From an uncultured Candidatus Rokubacteria bacterium (lineage in GTDB: Bacteria > Methylomirabilota > Methylomirabilia > Rokubacteriales > DASRDR01), in assembly GCA_963826115.1 (NCBI GenBank), contig CAWGVS010000010.1, forward strand, positions 128,001-192,000: a stretch of 64,000 nucleotides of DNA. Reading direction: 5' to 3'. The notes under the pieces are model-generated. The model saw only the letters and a list, made by a program, of their open reading frames with translations, did no database searches and had not been told where the DNA came from. The first letter of the stretch is position 1. Each line of letters begins with the position of its first letter. The translations under genes and the position numbers were made by a program. Positions 10,333 to 20,191 of this stretch are shown here, piece by piece.

Positions 10333-10968
10333 ATGGACGAGCTGCCGTTTCGCGACGTCGTCACGTCCGAGGACGCGCTCCGAGCGATGGTCGGCCGCCC
10401 GAGCGAGCTGGCGATCCGCAAGGAGATCTCGCACCTCGACGCCCACTGCCGAGCCTTCATCGCGCGCTCGCCCTTCGTCCTGATCGCCACCGCGGGGGGG
10501 ACCGGGCGGGCCGACGTGTCGCCGAAGGGCGATCCCCCGGGGTTCGTCCAGGTCCTCGACGAGCACCGGCTCGTCATCCCGGACCGGCCGGGCAACAAGC
10601 GGCTCGACGGCATGCGGAATCTCCTGGAGAACCCCCACGTCGGACTCCTGTTTCTCATCCCGGGCCTGGAGGAGACCCTCCGGGTCAACGGGCGCGCGTG
10701 GATCATCCGCGACGAGGAGATCCTGGCGCGGTGCAGCGTGCAGGGGAAGCGGCCCACGCTGGGCATCGGCGTGTACGCGGAGGAGTGCTTCATCCACTGC
10801 GCCAAGGCCTTCAAGCGCTCGGGCCTGTGGCAGCCGGACCGCTGGCCGGACCGCGCGGGTCTCGCGTCGCCGTCGGAGATGCTGGTCGACCAGGCCCGGC
10901 CGACGGACATGACCGTGCCCCAGATGGACCGGCTGCTCCAGGAGTCCTACGCGAAGAACCTCTACTGA
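10333..10968 (+). CDS. Pyridoxamine 5'-phosphate oxidase-family FMN-binding protein (MSMEG_1061-like)
   Basis: DVSPKGDPPGFV, IPDRPGNKRLD, LFLIPG, ETLRVNG, HCAKAFKRSGLW. Confidence 0.9.
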   Translation: MDELPFRDVVTSEDALRAMVGRPSELAIRKEISHLDAHCRAFIARSPFVLIATAGGTGRADVSPKGDPPGFVQVLDEHRLVIPDRPGNKRLDGMRNLLENPHVGLLFLIPGLEETLRVNGRAWIIRDEEILARCSVQGKRPTLGIGVYAEECFIHCAKAFKRSGLWQPDRWPDRAGLASPSEMLVDQARPTDMTVPQMDRLLQESYAKNLY

Positions 10969-11054
10969 CCGGCGGCGCCGCTCTCCGCCTCCGGCCCGGA
11001 CGAGCCCATGAGGTAATGTGGAAGATGACGGGCACGCCCGGCGGGAGGTTGGTC

Positions 11055-11555
11055 ATGGACGCAAGACGGTCGCTGTTCGGTGGCTCGGTCATCGCGGCGT
11101 CGATGCTGGTGAGCGCGGCCTCGGCCCAGATGCCGGAGGCCATCGCGGCGCCCGGCGAGACGGCCGTCGCCACGCTGCACGCGGAGGGCGCGCAGGTCTA
11201 CGAGTGCAAGGCCGACTCGAGCGGCAAGCTCGCCTGGCAGTTTCGCGAGCCCATCGCCACGCTCCTCCTGGACGGAAAGACGGTTGGGCGGCACTTCGCG
11301 GGCCCGACGTGGGAGCACGGCGACGGGAGTGCGATCGTCGGCAAGGTCGCCGGCCGGGCTCCGGGCGCGACGGCCCAGGACATTCCGTGGCTCAGGCTCG
11401 AGGTCACGGAGCGGCGGGGGAGCGGAGCGCTCTCCGGGGTCACGACGGTCCAGCGCATCCAGACGCGCGGCGGCGCCGCGGAGGGGCCCTGCGACACGGC
11501 CGGCGCCTACCGGAGCGTGCCCTACGCCGCGGACTACGTGTTCCTCCGGAAGTAG
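11055..11555 (+). CDS. DUF3455 domain exported protein
   Basis: GGAGG RBS; AEGAQVYEC, VGRHFAGPTWE, DIPWL, VQRIQTRGG, VPYAADYVF. Confidence 0.85.
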   Translation: MDARRSLFGGSVIAASMLVSAASAQMPEAIAAPGETAVATLHAEGAQVYECKADSSGKLAWQFREPIATLLLDGKTVGRHFAGPTWEHGDGSAIVGKVAGRAPGATAQDIPWLRLEVTERRGSGALSGVTTVQRIQTRGGAAEGPCDTAGAYRSVPYAADYVFLRK

Positions 11556-11577
11556 CCGAGAGCCCGAGGAGGCGGCC

Positions 11578-11874
11578 ATGTGCCGGAACATCAAGACCCT
11601 CTACAACTTCGCGCCGCCCGCCACCGAGGACGAGGTCCGCGCGTCGTCCCTCCAGTTCGTCCGGAAGCTGAGCGGCTTCAACCGGCCGTCCCGGGCGAAC
11701 CAGGCCGCGTTCGACCGCGCGGTGGACGAGGTAACCCGCGCCGCGCGCGAGCTCCTCGACTCGCTCGTGACGACCGCGCCCGCGCGCGATCGGGCGGTCG
11801 AGTCCGCGAAGGCCCGCGCCCGGTCGGCCGACCGCTTTGCCGTGCCCCGCGCCGGGAACGCCGCCCGGGGCTGA
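11578..11874 (+). CDS. DUF2277 domain protein
   Basis: MCRNIKTLYNFAPPATEDEVRASSLQFVRKLSGF. Confidence 0.9.
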   Translation: MCRNIKTLYNFAPPATEDEVRASSLQFVRKLSGFNRPSRANQAAFDRAVDEVTRAARELLDSLVTTAPARDRAVESAKARARSADRFAVPRAGNAARG

Positions 11875-11878
11875 GCCC

Positions 11879-12664
11879 TCAGCGCCCGCGGTAGCGCGGC
11901 GGGCGCTTCTCCACGAAGGCGCGCGCGCCTTCCTGCGCGTCCTCGGTCAGGAAGCAGGCGACGGTCGACGCGGTCTCGAGCGCCATCGCCGTCGCGAGGT
12001 CGCTCTGGCACCCGGACTCGAGCGCGCCCTTCAGCATCGCGATGGGGATCGGCGCCTTCGCCATGATCGTTCGCGCCAGCGCCTCCACCGCCGGGAGGAC
12101 CTGGTCGGCGGGCACGGCGCGGTTCGCGAGCCCCAGGCGCGCGGCCTCCCGGCCGTCGAAGAACTCGCCCGTCATGATGAGCTCCTTGGCCCGCGCGAGG
12201 CCCACGGCGCGAGGCAGGAAGTGGGTGACGCCGCCGGTGCAGAAGAGCCCGACGCCCATCTCCGTGAACGCGAACTTCGCGTCCTCGGCCGCCACCACGA
12301 GGTCGCAGTCGAGGGCGAGCTCGCAGCCGCCGCCCACCGCGTAGCCGTGGACGGCCGCGATGACGGGCTTCGGCATCGTCTTGATGTCGACGGTCACCTG
12401 CTGGATCTCGTCGACGAACGCGCGGACCTCGGCCACGCCGCCGTGTCCCCGGGCGGACTCCTTCAGGTCGTCGCCCGCGCAGAAGGCGCGCCCCTCGCCG
12501 GACAGGATGACGACCCGGACGGCCGGGTCGCGCCCGGCCTCGGCGAAGGCCTGGTGGAGGTCCCGCATCAGCTGCGGCACCATCGCGTTCAGCCGGTGTG
12601 GCCGGTTCAGGCGGATCCGGGCGAGCCCGTCCCGCGCGTCGTACAGGACCGTCTCGAGCGTCAT
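11879..12664 (-). CDS. Enoyl-CoA hydratase/isomerase
   Basis: LNRPHRLNAM, AFCAGDDL, KPVIAAVHGYAVGGGCELALDCD, FTE, EGARAFVEKR. Confidence 0.93.
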   Translation of the reverse strand: MTLETVLYDARDGLARIRLNRPHRLNAMVPQLMRDLHQAFAEAGRDPAVRVVILSGEGRAFCAGDDLKESARGHGGVAEVRAFVDEIQQVTVDIKTMPKPVIAAVHGYAVGGGCELALDCDLVVAAEDAKFAFTEMGVGLFCTGGVTHFLPRAVGLARAKELIMTGEFFDGREAARLGLANRAVPADQVLPAVEALARTIMAKAPIPIAMLKGALESGCQSDLATAMALETASTVACFLTEDAQEGARAFVEKRPPRYRGR

Positions 12665-14277
12665 GCGAGGTCCTCCATGAGGTAGCGTCCGTGCTCGGCG
12701 TCCCACGTCGTCGCCGTCCGCCAGCGGGTGCGGAGGGCGGTCTTCATCACCTTCTGGGTGTCGGTGCGCGGGAGGTCGTCGACCAGCTCCACGTAGCGGA
12801 CGGTCATGTACCGCGGCAGCCGCTCGGCGAGCCAGCCGGCCAGCGCGGGCGCCGCGAGGCCCGTTCCGGGGCGGGGGATCGCCGCCACCTTGATGTCGTC
12901 CTCCGTGAGCTCCGACGGGACCCCGATTGCCGCGGCCTCGACGAGGTCCGGGTGTGCCTGGACCAGCTCCTCCAGCTCCTGGGCCGACACGTTCTCGCCG
13001 CGGCGGCGGATGGAGTCGCTCAGCCGGCCCTCGAAGTAGAGGTAGCCGTCCCGGTCGAGGCGCCCGCGGTCGCCCGTGTGGTGCCAGAGCCCGCGCCGGG
13101 TCCTGAGCGTCGCCTCGGGATCGCCGACGTAGCCCTCCATGATCGCGTGGGGCTCGGTGGCGCGCAGCGCGATCTCGCCGGACTCGCCCGGCGGGAGGCG
13201 CTCGCCTTCCGGCGACAGGATCGCGAGGTCGTAGCCCTCGGCGACCTGGCCGCACGAGCCCGCGGGCTTGGGCCGGCTGGGCCGCCCGCACACCGGGAGG
13301 CCCACGTCGGTCGAGCCGTAGCAGTCGATGAGCGCGCAGCCGAACCGCTCCTCGAAGCCGGGCGCGAAGTCGGGGAGCGGCACGCCCCAGCCGAGCCGCG
13401 CGGGGTTGTCGCGGTCGTCGGGCCGCGGATCCTTCTTCCAGAGGAGCGAGAGCGTGCTCCCCATGAAGTCGAACACGGTGGCCCGAAACTCGCGGATCTC
13501 GTCCCAGAACCGGCGGACCGAGAATCGGACCCCGATCGCCGCCGTCGTCGCGTGATAGAGGGCGGGCGCCACCGTGATGGCCAGCGCGTCGATGTGGTAG
13601 AGCGGGAAGGGGGAGTAGAAGATGTCGCGCCCGCTGAAGTCCCAGTAGCGCTCGGTCGTCTCGCAGATCTTCGTGAACCACCGGTGGGACAGCGCCACGG
13701 CCTTGGACGGTCCCGTCGTCCCCGACGTGCAGAGGATCGCCGCGAGGTCGCCGTCCCCGACGTCCGCCCAGCCCGGGTCGTCGCCGGGCCGCTCGATGTC
13801 GGCCCAGCCGATCCAGCCCGGCGGGATCGGGCCGAGCGCCACCGCGGGCACGTGGACCTCGGCCCGCGCGAGGCCCGCCGCGACGGCGTCGACCGCGAAT
13901 GGCTGCGCGATGAGCAGGGAGGGCGTCGTCCGCCGGAGGACGTTCGCGAGCTGCCCGGCCGTGAAGCCGGGGTTGATCGGGCAGAAGCACGCGCCGACCC
14001 GGAGGCACGCGATCCAGAGCGCGATCATCTCCGGCCGGTTGGTCGACACGATCGCCACGCGGTCGCCGCGCCCGACGCCCCGCGCCGCGAGCCCACCCGC
14101 GAGAGCTGCGGACCAGTCGGCCAGCTCGGCATAGGTGAGGGAGGCTTGCTCCATGGCGAGCGCGGTCTTGCCGGGCGCGGCCCCGAGCGCCGCGCGGAAC
14201 ACGGCGGACACCGTCCGCGGGCGCGGGCGGGCCGGCGCTGGGCCGGCTGCCGCCCGCGAGGCGTCGGGATCTGGCAT
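12661..14277 (-). CDS. AMP-dependent acyl-CoA ligase (CaiC-like)
   Basis: TSGTTGPSK, YGSTD, HTGDRG, IRRRGENVS, PRTDTQKV; ATGA overlap with the hydratase. Confidence 0.9.
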   Translation of the reverse strand: MPDPDASRAAAGPAPARPRPRTVSAVFRAALGAAPGKTALAMEQASLTYAELADWSAALAGGLAARGVGRGDRVAIVSTNRPEMIALWIACLRVGACFCPINPGFTAGQLANVLRRTTPSLLIAQPFAVDAVAAGLARAEVHVPAVALGPIPPGWIGWADIERPGDDPGWADVGDGDLAAILCTSGTTGPSKAVALSHRWFTKICETTERYWDFSGRDIFYSPFPLYHIDALAITVAPALYHATTAAIGVRFSVRRFWDEIREFRATVFDFMGSTLSLLWKKDPRPDDRDNPARLGWGVPLPDFAPGFEERFGCALIDCYGSTDVGLPVCGRPSRPKPAGSCGQVAEGYDLAILSPEGERLPPGESGEIALRATEPHAIMEGYVGDPEATLRTRRGLWHHTGDRGRLDRDGYLYFEGRLSDSIRRRGENVSAQELEELVQAHPDLVEAAAIGVPSELTEDDIKVAAIPRPGTGLAAPALAGWLAERLPRYMTVRYVELVDDLPRTDTQKVMKTALRTRWRTATTWDAEHGRYLMEDLA

Positions 14278-14294
14278 GGACGCGGCCGAGTCGC

Positions 14295-14732
14295 TCAGGG
14301 GAGGTGGAGCGGCGCCCCGTCCAGGTCCTCGGCCCGCTCGACCCGGATCAGCACGGCGAAGCCCTTCTTCTCCGGATCGCGATCCTTCTCCGGCTGCACC
14401 AGGCGCCGCCAGACCTCCTCGTAGGCCGGGCCGGAGCGGTGAATCGTGGCGATCCCGTAGAAGCGCGCGATGCCGCCCTTCGGGAGGAGGCCCGACTCCC
14501 GGAGCGGCGGCTTCCGCAGGAACACCGTGACCTTGCTGCCGTCGTGGAGGTGCGCCGTCGTGGAGCCCTTGCCGCGCTCCCAGAGCGCCAGGTGGTCGTC
14601 GTCGAAGACCATGGTGCTGCCGCGCGGCGTCACCTGGGCGAAGCCGTTCGGCAGCACCGTGGCGACGAGGCACACGTGCGCGGGGAACGCGGTGTTGATG
14701 TGCTCGTGGAGCGCCTTGGGGATCGTGGCCAC
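14295..14732 (-). CDS. Pyridoxamine 5'-phosphate oxidase-like split-barrel protein
   Basis: GGAGG RBS, GTG start; CLVATVLPNG, TPRGS, LALWERG, DPEKKGFAVLIRV. Confidence 0.75.
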   Translation of the reverse strand: MATIPKALHEHINTAFPAHVCLVATVLPNGFAQVTPRGSTMVFDDDHLALWERGKGSTTAHLHDGSKVTVFLRKPPLRESGLLPKGGIARFYGIATIHRSGPAYEEVWRRLVQPEKDRDPEKKGFAVLIRVERAEDLDGAPLHLP

Positions 14733-14885
14733 GCTGTCCTCCCTGTCGTCGCGGCGGCGCCGCGTCGGTCCAAGCACCCGGGACGAAGTCCCTATGATCC
14801 TCGCCGGCCGCCGCCGGCTGTCAAGGGACGACCCCCGCCGGCGCGGCCCTTGAACGACCCGCGGCCGTCGGGCAGAATCGCGGTG

Positions 14886-16001
14886 GTGTCAGCGCTGACC
14901 GAGACACGCCCGCCTCCGTTTCGCGCCGAGCACATCGGCAGCCTCCTCCGGCCCCCGGCGCTGCTCGCAGCGCGGCAGGCCGCCGACGAGGGCCGGCTCG
15001 CCCCCGAGGCCCTCCGGGCCGAGGAGGACGTGCACGTCCGCGACGCGGTCCGCCTCCAGGAGGACGTCGGCCTCCAGGTCGTGACCGACGGCGAGTTCCG
15101 GCGCGGCATCTACTTCGGCCACTTCGGCGCGGCGGTGAGCGGCTTCACCGAGATGGACGCCGAGATGAGCTTCCGCGGCGCGGGCGGCGCGCCGCTCCGC
15201 TACCGCGCGGCGGTCGTGACCGGCCGCCTCGTCCGCCACCGCGGGATCGCCACCGACGAGTTCCGCTTCGTGCGGGCGCTGACCCGCCGGACCCCGAAGG
15301 TCACGCTGCCGAGCCCCTCCTCGCAGCACTTCCTCCGGTGGCGCCCCGGCGTGTCCGACCGCGCGTATCCGGACCTCGAGGCGTTCTTCGCCGACGTCGT
15401 CACGATCTACCGGGCCGAGCTGGCCGATCTGGCGGCGCTCGGCGCCACGTACGTCCAGCTGGACGACGTCCCCCTCGGCCTCCTCTGCGATCCGCAGCAC
15501 CGCGAGGCGTTCCGGGCGAAGGGCTACGATCCCGCGGCGATGCTTGACCGGTACGTGTCGCTCGTGAACGCGGCGGTCGCGGAGCGGCCGCCGGGCCTCG
15601 CGGTCGGCGTTCACGTCTGCCGGGGCAACAACCAGGGGAAGTGGCTGGGGGAGGGCGCCTACGACTACGTCGCCGAGCGCGCCTTCGGCGGGCTCGACGT
15701 CGACGCCTTCTTCCTCGAGTACGACTCCGCGCGGGCCGGCGGGTTCGAGCCGCTCCGCCACGTCGGCCCGGGGCGGACCGTGGTGCTGGGCCTCGTGTCG
15801 ACGAAGACGGGGGCCCTCGAGGACCCCGACGACCTCCGCCGGCGCATCGACGCGGCCGGGCGGTTCGTGCCGCTGGCGCGCCTCGCGCTCAGCCCCCAGT
15901 GCGGCTTCGCGAGCACCGCGCCGGGCAACCCCGTGACCCCCGACGAGCAGCGGCGGAAGCTCGCCCTCGTGGTCGACGTCGCCGGCCGGGTGTGGAGCTG
16001 A
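14886..16001 (+). CDS. Cobalamin-independent methionine synthase II family protein (YxjH/MesD-like), paralog 1
   Basis: FRAEHIGSLLRP, TDGEFRR, YVQLDD, HVCRGN, FLEYD, LSPQCGFAS. Confidence 0.9.
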   Translation: MSALTETRPPPFRAEHIGSLLRPPALLAARQAADEGRLAPEALRAEEDVHVRDAVRLQEDVGLQVVTDGEFRRGIYFGHFGAAVSGFTEMDAEMSFRGAGGAPLRYRAAVVTGRLVRHRGIATDEFRFVRALTRRTPKVTLPSPSSQHFLRWRPGVSDRAYPDLEAFFADVVTIYRAELADLAALGATYVQLDDVPLGLLCDPQHREAFRAKGYDPAAMLDRYVSLVNAAVAERPPGLAVGVHVCRGNNQGKWLGEGAYDYVAERAFGGLDVDAFFLEYDSARAGGFEPLRHVGPGRTVVLGLVSTKTGALEDPDDLRRRIDAAGRFVPLARLALSPQCGFASTAPGNPVTPDEQRRKLALVVDVAGRVWS

Positions 16002-16003
16002 CG

Positions 16004-16414
16004 ATGCCCCTCGAGCACCGGATCGACCACCGTCTGCGGCTCGTGCTGACGCGCGCCGTCGGGACGCTGACCGACGACGAGGTGTTCGCGTACCAGCGCG
16101 AGGTCTGGTCGAGGCCCGACGTCGCGGGCTACGACGAGCTGGTGGACATGAGCGCGGTCCAGCAGGTGTCGGTGCCGTCGATCGAGCGGGTGGCGCAGCT
16201 GGCGTCGCTGTCCGCGGGCATGGACCCGCAGGCGCCCGTCTCCCGCTTCGCCATCGTCGCGCCGCGGGACTTCGAGTACGGGCTGGGGCGCCTCTACGGG
16301 GCGCGCCGCGAGATGGACACGCGGGGCACCAAGCGGGTCGGGGTCTTCCGGACGCGGGCGGAGGCGCTGGCCTGGCTCGGCCTCGAGCGCGAGCCGCCGG
16401 CCGACCCCACCTGA
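16004..16414 (+). CDS. Hypothetical protein (SpoIIAA/STAS-like)
   Basis: ELVDMS, RFAIVAP, YGLGRLY, VFRTRAEALAWL; 2 nt after the MetE-like stop. Confidence 0.7.
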   Translation: MPLEHRIDHRLRLVLTRAVGTLTDDEVFAYQREVWSRPDVAGYDELVDMSAVQQVSVPSIERVAQLASLSAGMDPQAPVSRFAIVAPRDFEYGLGRLYGARREMDTRGTKRVGVFRTRAEALAWLGLEREPPADPT

Positions 16415-16462
16415 CGGCGCCCGCCACCGCTCGACCAGCCGTCGTGGGCGCGACCATGTCCC

Positions 16463-16972
16463 ATGCGCATCGCTGAGCGGAACGGCGTCTTGGTCCTCCA
16501 GGACTCACCGGGTCTGCACTGGTTCCTCGGGCTCCTGTTCGCGGTGGTCGGCGCGGTCTTCGTCCTCGGCCCGGTGTGGCTCTTCACGAACCGCGCGAGC
16601 GTGTCCTGGGAGGTGCGCGCGCTGGCCGTGCTGATGGGCGGCGTCGGGGTCGCCACGGGCGTCTGGGTTCTCACGCGCGCCCCGCGCTCGACACTCGAGA
16701 TCGATCGCCGGGCCGACCGCGTCCGGATTCGCCGGCGGGGTGTCGGCGGCACCGAGGCGCACGCGTGGCCCATCCAGGAGATCGCGGGCGTCCGCCTGGC
16801 CGACGACCGGGATGACGAGGGTGACGCGGTGTTCCGGGTGGAGGTCGTGCTCCGGAATGGTGACGGCGTGCCGATCTCGCTCCTGTGGACCCATGGGCGC
16901 GAGCCGGCGGAGACGGTGGTGCGGCGCCTGCAGGAGGCGCTCGCGATGCCCCGGCCTGACAGCTCGCGCTGA
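16463..16972 (+). CDS. Hypothetical two-TM membrane protein
   Basis: Two hydrophobic helices followed by a beta-rich soluble domain. Confidence 0.7.
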   Translation: MRIAERNGVLVLQDSPGLHWFLGLLFAVVGAVFVLGPVWLFTNRASVSWEVRALAVLMGGVGVATGVWVLTRAPRSTLEIDRRADRVRIRRRGVGGTEAHAWPIQEIAGVRLADDRDDEGDAVFRVEVVLRNGDGVPISLLWTHGREPAETVVRRLQEALAMPRPDSSR

Positions 16973-17019
16973 ACTCGCCCGAGAGACGCCCCGTCGCACG
17001 GGGCGGGAAAGGACCGGCG

Positions 17020-17292
17020 ATGCTCTACATGCTCATCGAGCGCTTCAAGAACGGGGACCCCGTGCCGGTGTACCGGCGGTTCCGGGACCAGGGCCGCCGG
17101 CTCCCCGACGGCCTCACGTACATCGCGAGCTGGGTGACCCTCGACATGACGACGTGCTACCAGATGATGGAGTGCGAGGAGCGGCGCCGCCTGGACGAGT
17201 GGATCGCCGCCGGCAGCGACCTGGTCGACTTCGAGGTGATCCCCGTGATGACCTCGGCCGAGGCGGTCCAGCAGATCGCGCCGCGTCTCTAG
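17020..17292 (+). CDS. DUF3303 family protein
   Basis: MLYMLIERFK, VYRRFRDQGR.LPDGL.YIASWV, DLVDFEVIPV. Confidence 0.85.
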   Translation: MLYMLIERFKNGDPVPVYRRFRDQGRRLPDGLTYIASWVTLDMTTCYQMMECEERRRLDEWIAAGSDLVDFEVIPVMTSAEAVQQIAPRL

Positions 17293-17328
17293 CCCGGTCG
17301 CGGGCGGCGGGCGCCGCCGGGCCAGGCG

Positions 17329-18627
17329 TCAGCGCATCAGGCTCGGCAGCCAGAGGCTCAGCCAGGGGAACAGGACCAGGATGGCGAGTCGCAGCACGTC
17401 GGCCCACATGAACGGGAGCACGCCGCTGAACACCGTCCCCGTCGACACCTCCGGGAGGAGCGTTCGCAGCACGAACATGTTCATCCCGACCGGCGGGCTG
17501 ATGAGCCCGATCTCCACGACGCACACGATGATGATCCCGAACCAGATCGGGTCGTATCCGAGGTGCACGATGACCGGGAAGAACACCGGCATCGTGAGGA
17601 GCACCATCGAGAGCTCCTCCATGGCGGTCCCGAGGAGGACGTAGATCCCGGCGATGGCCAGCACGACCACGATCGGGCTCACCTCGAAGCGCGTGACGAA
17701 GGCCTTCAGGTCGGCCGGCATCGTGGTGATGTTGATGAACTCCGCGAACATCAGCGCGCCGATGAGGATCATGAAGAGCATGGCGGTGGTCCGCGCGCTC
17801 TCCAGCAGCGCCTCGTAGAGAGTCCGCCAGGTGAGCGCGCGCCGCGCCAGCGCGAAGAGGAGGGCGCCGAACGCGCCCATGCCCGCGCCCTCGGTGGCGG
17901 TGAAGAGCCCGCCGTAGATCCCGCCCATCACGAACAGGAAGAGCGCGGCGACCGCCCAGACGTCCTTCAGGGCGAGGACGCGCTCCCGCCAGCTGGAGCG
18001 CTCGCCCGGCGGCCCCGAGGTCGGGTCGCGCCAGGTCATGTACTGGACCGCGCCGCACAGGAGGACCGCGCCCAGGATGCCCGGCAGGATCCCGGCGGCG
18101 AAGAGCTTCGCGATGTTGGTCTCGGTGAAGACGCCGTAGATCACCATGATCGTGGACGGCGGGATCATGATGCCGAGCGTGCCACCGCCGGCCACGACGC
18201 CGGCGGCCAGGCGGTCGGAGTAGCCGAAGCGCTTCATGGACGGGTAGGCCACCTTCGCGAAGGTCGCGGCCGTCGCGATCGAGGAGCCGCAGATCCCGCC
18301 GAAGCCCGCCGAGGCCCACACGGTCGCCATGGCGAGGCCGCCCCGCAGGTGGCCGATGAAGGCGTAGGCGGCCCGGAACAGCTCCTGCGACATGCCGGCG
18401 CGCGTCACGAGGTTCCCCATCAGGATGAAGAGGGGCACCACCGACAGCGTGTAGTTGCGTCCGGTCTCGTAGAGCTTCGTCTGCGTCATGGCGAACGCGA
18501 CCGTCCAGTTCCAGTCGCGCATGTAGGCGTAGCCGCAGATCCCGACGGCGGCCATGGAGAACGAGATGGGCACCCGCAAGAAGGCGAGCGCCATCATGAC
18601 GACCAGGCCGACCAGTCCTTCGATCAT
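17329..18627 (-). CDS. dctM: TRAP transporter large permease
   Basis: VPLFILMGNL, GGICGSSIATAA, GGTLGIMIPPS, GLFTATE, EIGLISPPVGMN. Confidence 0.95.
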   Translation of the reverse strand: MIEGLVGLVVMMALAFLRVPISFSMAAVGICGYAYMRDWNWTVAFAMTQTKLYETGRNYTLSVVPLFILMGNLVTRAGMSQELFRAAYAFIGHLRGGLAMATVWASAGFGGICGSSIATAATFAKVAYPSMKRFGYSDRLAAGVVAGGGTLGIMIPPSTIMVIYGVFTETNIAKLFAAGILPGILGAVLLCGAVQYMTWRDPTSGPPGERSSWRERVLALKDVWAVAALFLFVMGGIYGGLFTATEGAGMGAFGALLFALARRALTWRTLYEALLESARTTAMLFMILIGALMFAEFINITTMPADLKAFVTRFEVSPIVVVLAIAGIYVLLGTAMEELSMVLLTMPVFFPVIVHLGYDPIWFGIIIVCVVEIGLISPPVGMNMFVLRTLLPEVSTGTVFSGVLPFMWADVLRLAILVLFPWLSLWLPSLMR

Positions 18628-19100
18628 CGGCGCCCGGCGGCCACGGTACAGGTGGATCACGCCGGCGAGCCCGACCATCGACCGCCATGAAGTAGACGAA
18701 CGGGCCGTACACGATGCGGAGCACGTCGGTGGCGTCCCGGTAGGCCCAGATGCGGTCGGCCTTCCGCCAGAGCAGCCAGGCGAGGAGGAACATGAACGCG
18801 CCGCACGCCACCTGGACGGCGCGCCAGAGCGACGCGCTGCGCGGCCGGGCCCAGGAGGCGGTCGATGAAGTCCATGACCGCGTGCTCGTCGGCGTACGAC
18901 ACGAGCGGCAGGCCGGCGAAGATCAGCACGACCAGCATGAGCTCGGTGACTTCGAATGCGCCGCGCACCGGTCGGTTGAAGACGTAGCGGCCCACGACGT
19001 CGACGACCGTGAGCAGCATCATGGCGAGGAGGATGGCGGAAGCGGCGCCGCCGAGGACGACGTCGGCGCGCCGCTTCCCGCCGTCGGGGGGACCGCTCAC
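18624..19100 (-). CDS. dctQ: TRAP transporter small permease; frameshifted
   Basis: LTVVDVVGRYVFNRPVRGAFEVTE...EHAVMD; C-terminal TMs in other frames. Confidence 0.85.
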
Positions 19101-20125
19101 TGACCGGCGGCGACCTTCTTCAGCTCCGCGTAGAACTCGTCGAGGATCTTCCGGGCGTCCACGCCCTTGGCGCTCGCCTGCTTCACCCAGTCGTCGATGA
19201 TGGGCGCGGAGCGCTTCTTGACCTCGGCGACGAAGGCGGGTCGGCGTTGACGATCTTGATGTTGGCCTTCCGCATTCCTTCCAGGCCCTTCTTGTCCGCC
19301 TCGTCCCACGACTGCCCGGCGAGCCGCGCGAGGTGCTCGCCGGAGACCTTCTCGATGGCGTCCTGGTCCTGCTTCGGCAGCTTGTTCCACTTGTCCTCGT
19401 TCATGAAGAACCCGAACGCCGAGCTGTACATTCCGCCCGGGAACAGCGTGGCCTGCTCGAGCACCGTGTCGAGCTTGAAGGAGACGATCGACTCCAGCGG
19501 GAAGAACACGCCGTCGGCGACGCCCGACTTCAGGAGCTCGAAGGACTCCGGCGCGGGCTTCACGAACGCCGAGGTCCCCAGCGCCTTGGCGACCGCCTCG
19601 GCGACGCCGCCGCCGGTGCGGATCTTGAGGCCCTGGATGTCGTCGATGCCGCGGACCGGTCTTCTTCGTGTACATCTGGCCGGGCCCGTGGGTGAACACG
19701 CCGAGGAGCTTGACGCCCTTGTACTCGCCGACCTGCTGGAAGTACTTCCAGTGGATCCGGGAGTACGCGACCGAGTTAATCAGGGCGGTATCGCCTGAGC
19801 CGGGAAGCTCCGGCATGAGCGGCAGGATGTGGCGCGCCGGCGTGTAGCTGGCCGTGACGTAGGAGACGTCCACCAGACCGTCCTTGACCGCGTCGAACGT
19901 GCCCGGCGGCGCCGACGGGTGCTTCGGCAGCATCGTGAGCTTCACGCGGCCGCCGGTGGCCTTCTCGACCTCGTTCGCCCAGCCCTGGAGCACGACGGCC
20001 GTCAGGTGGTGTGTCGGCCCGACCCACGACGACATGGTCAGCGTCGTCTGGGCCAGCGCCGGCGGCGCGGCGACGAGGCAGGCGGCCGCGAGGATCGTGA
20101 GCAGGATTGCCGTCAGTCTCTGCAT
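19097..20125 (-). CDS. dctP: TRAP transporter substrate-binding protein; two frameshifts (about 19660 and 19240)
   Basis: Signal peptide, VEKATGGRVK, DAVKDGLVD; IQGLKIRTGG and FFMNEDKWNKLP in the alternate frame. Confidence 0.9.
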   Translation of the reverse strand: MQRLTAILLTILAAACLVAAPPALAQTTLTMSSWVGPTHHLTAVVLQGWANEVEKATGGRVKLTMLPKHPSAPPGTFDAVKDGLVDVSYVTASYTPARHILPLMPELPGSGDTALINSVAYSRIHWKYFQQVGEYKGVKLLGVFTHGPGQMYTKKTGPRHRRHPGPQDPHRRRRRRGGRQGAGDLGVREARAGVLRAPEVGRRRRRVLPAGVDRLLQARHGARAGHAVPGRNVQLGVRVLHERGQVEQAAEAGPGRHREGLRRAPRAARRAVVGRGGQEGPGRNAEGQHQDRQRRPAFVAEVKKRSAPIIDDWVKQASAKGVDARKILDEFYAELKKVAAGQ

Positions 20126-20191
20126 GCTCTTCTCCTTGGTCGCGGAGTCGGAAGGGGGGGTCCCGGCCGGTAGTGTAGCAGGGGAGGCGCC

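Noticed and set aside
17329-18678. DctQ-DctM fusion
   Set aside because: DctQ has several indels and an ATGA-type junction exists at 18624-18627; separate genes are more likely
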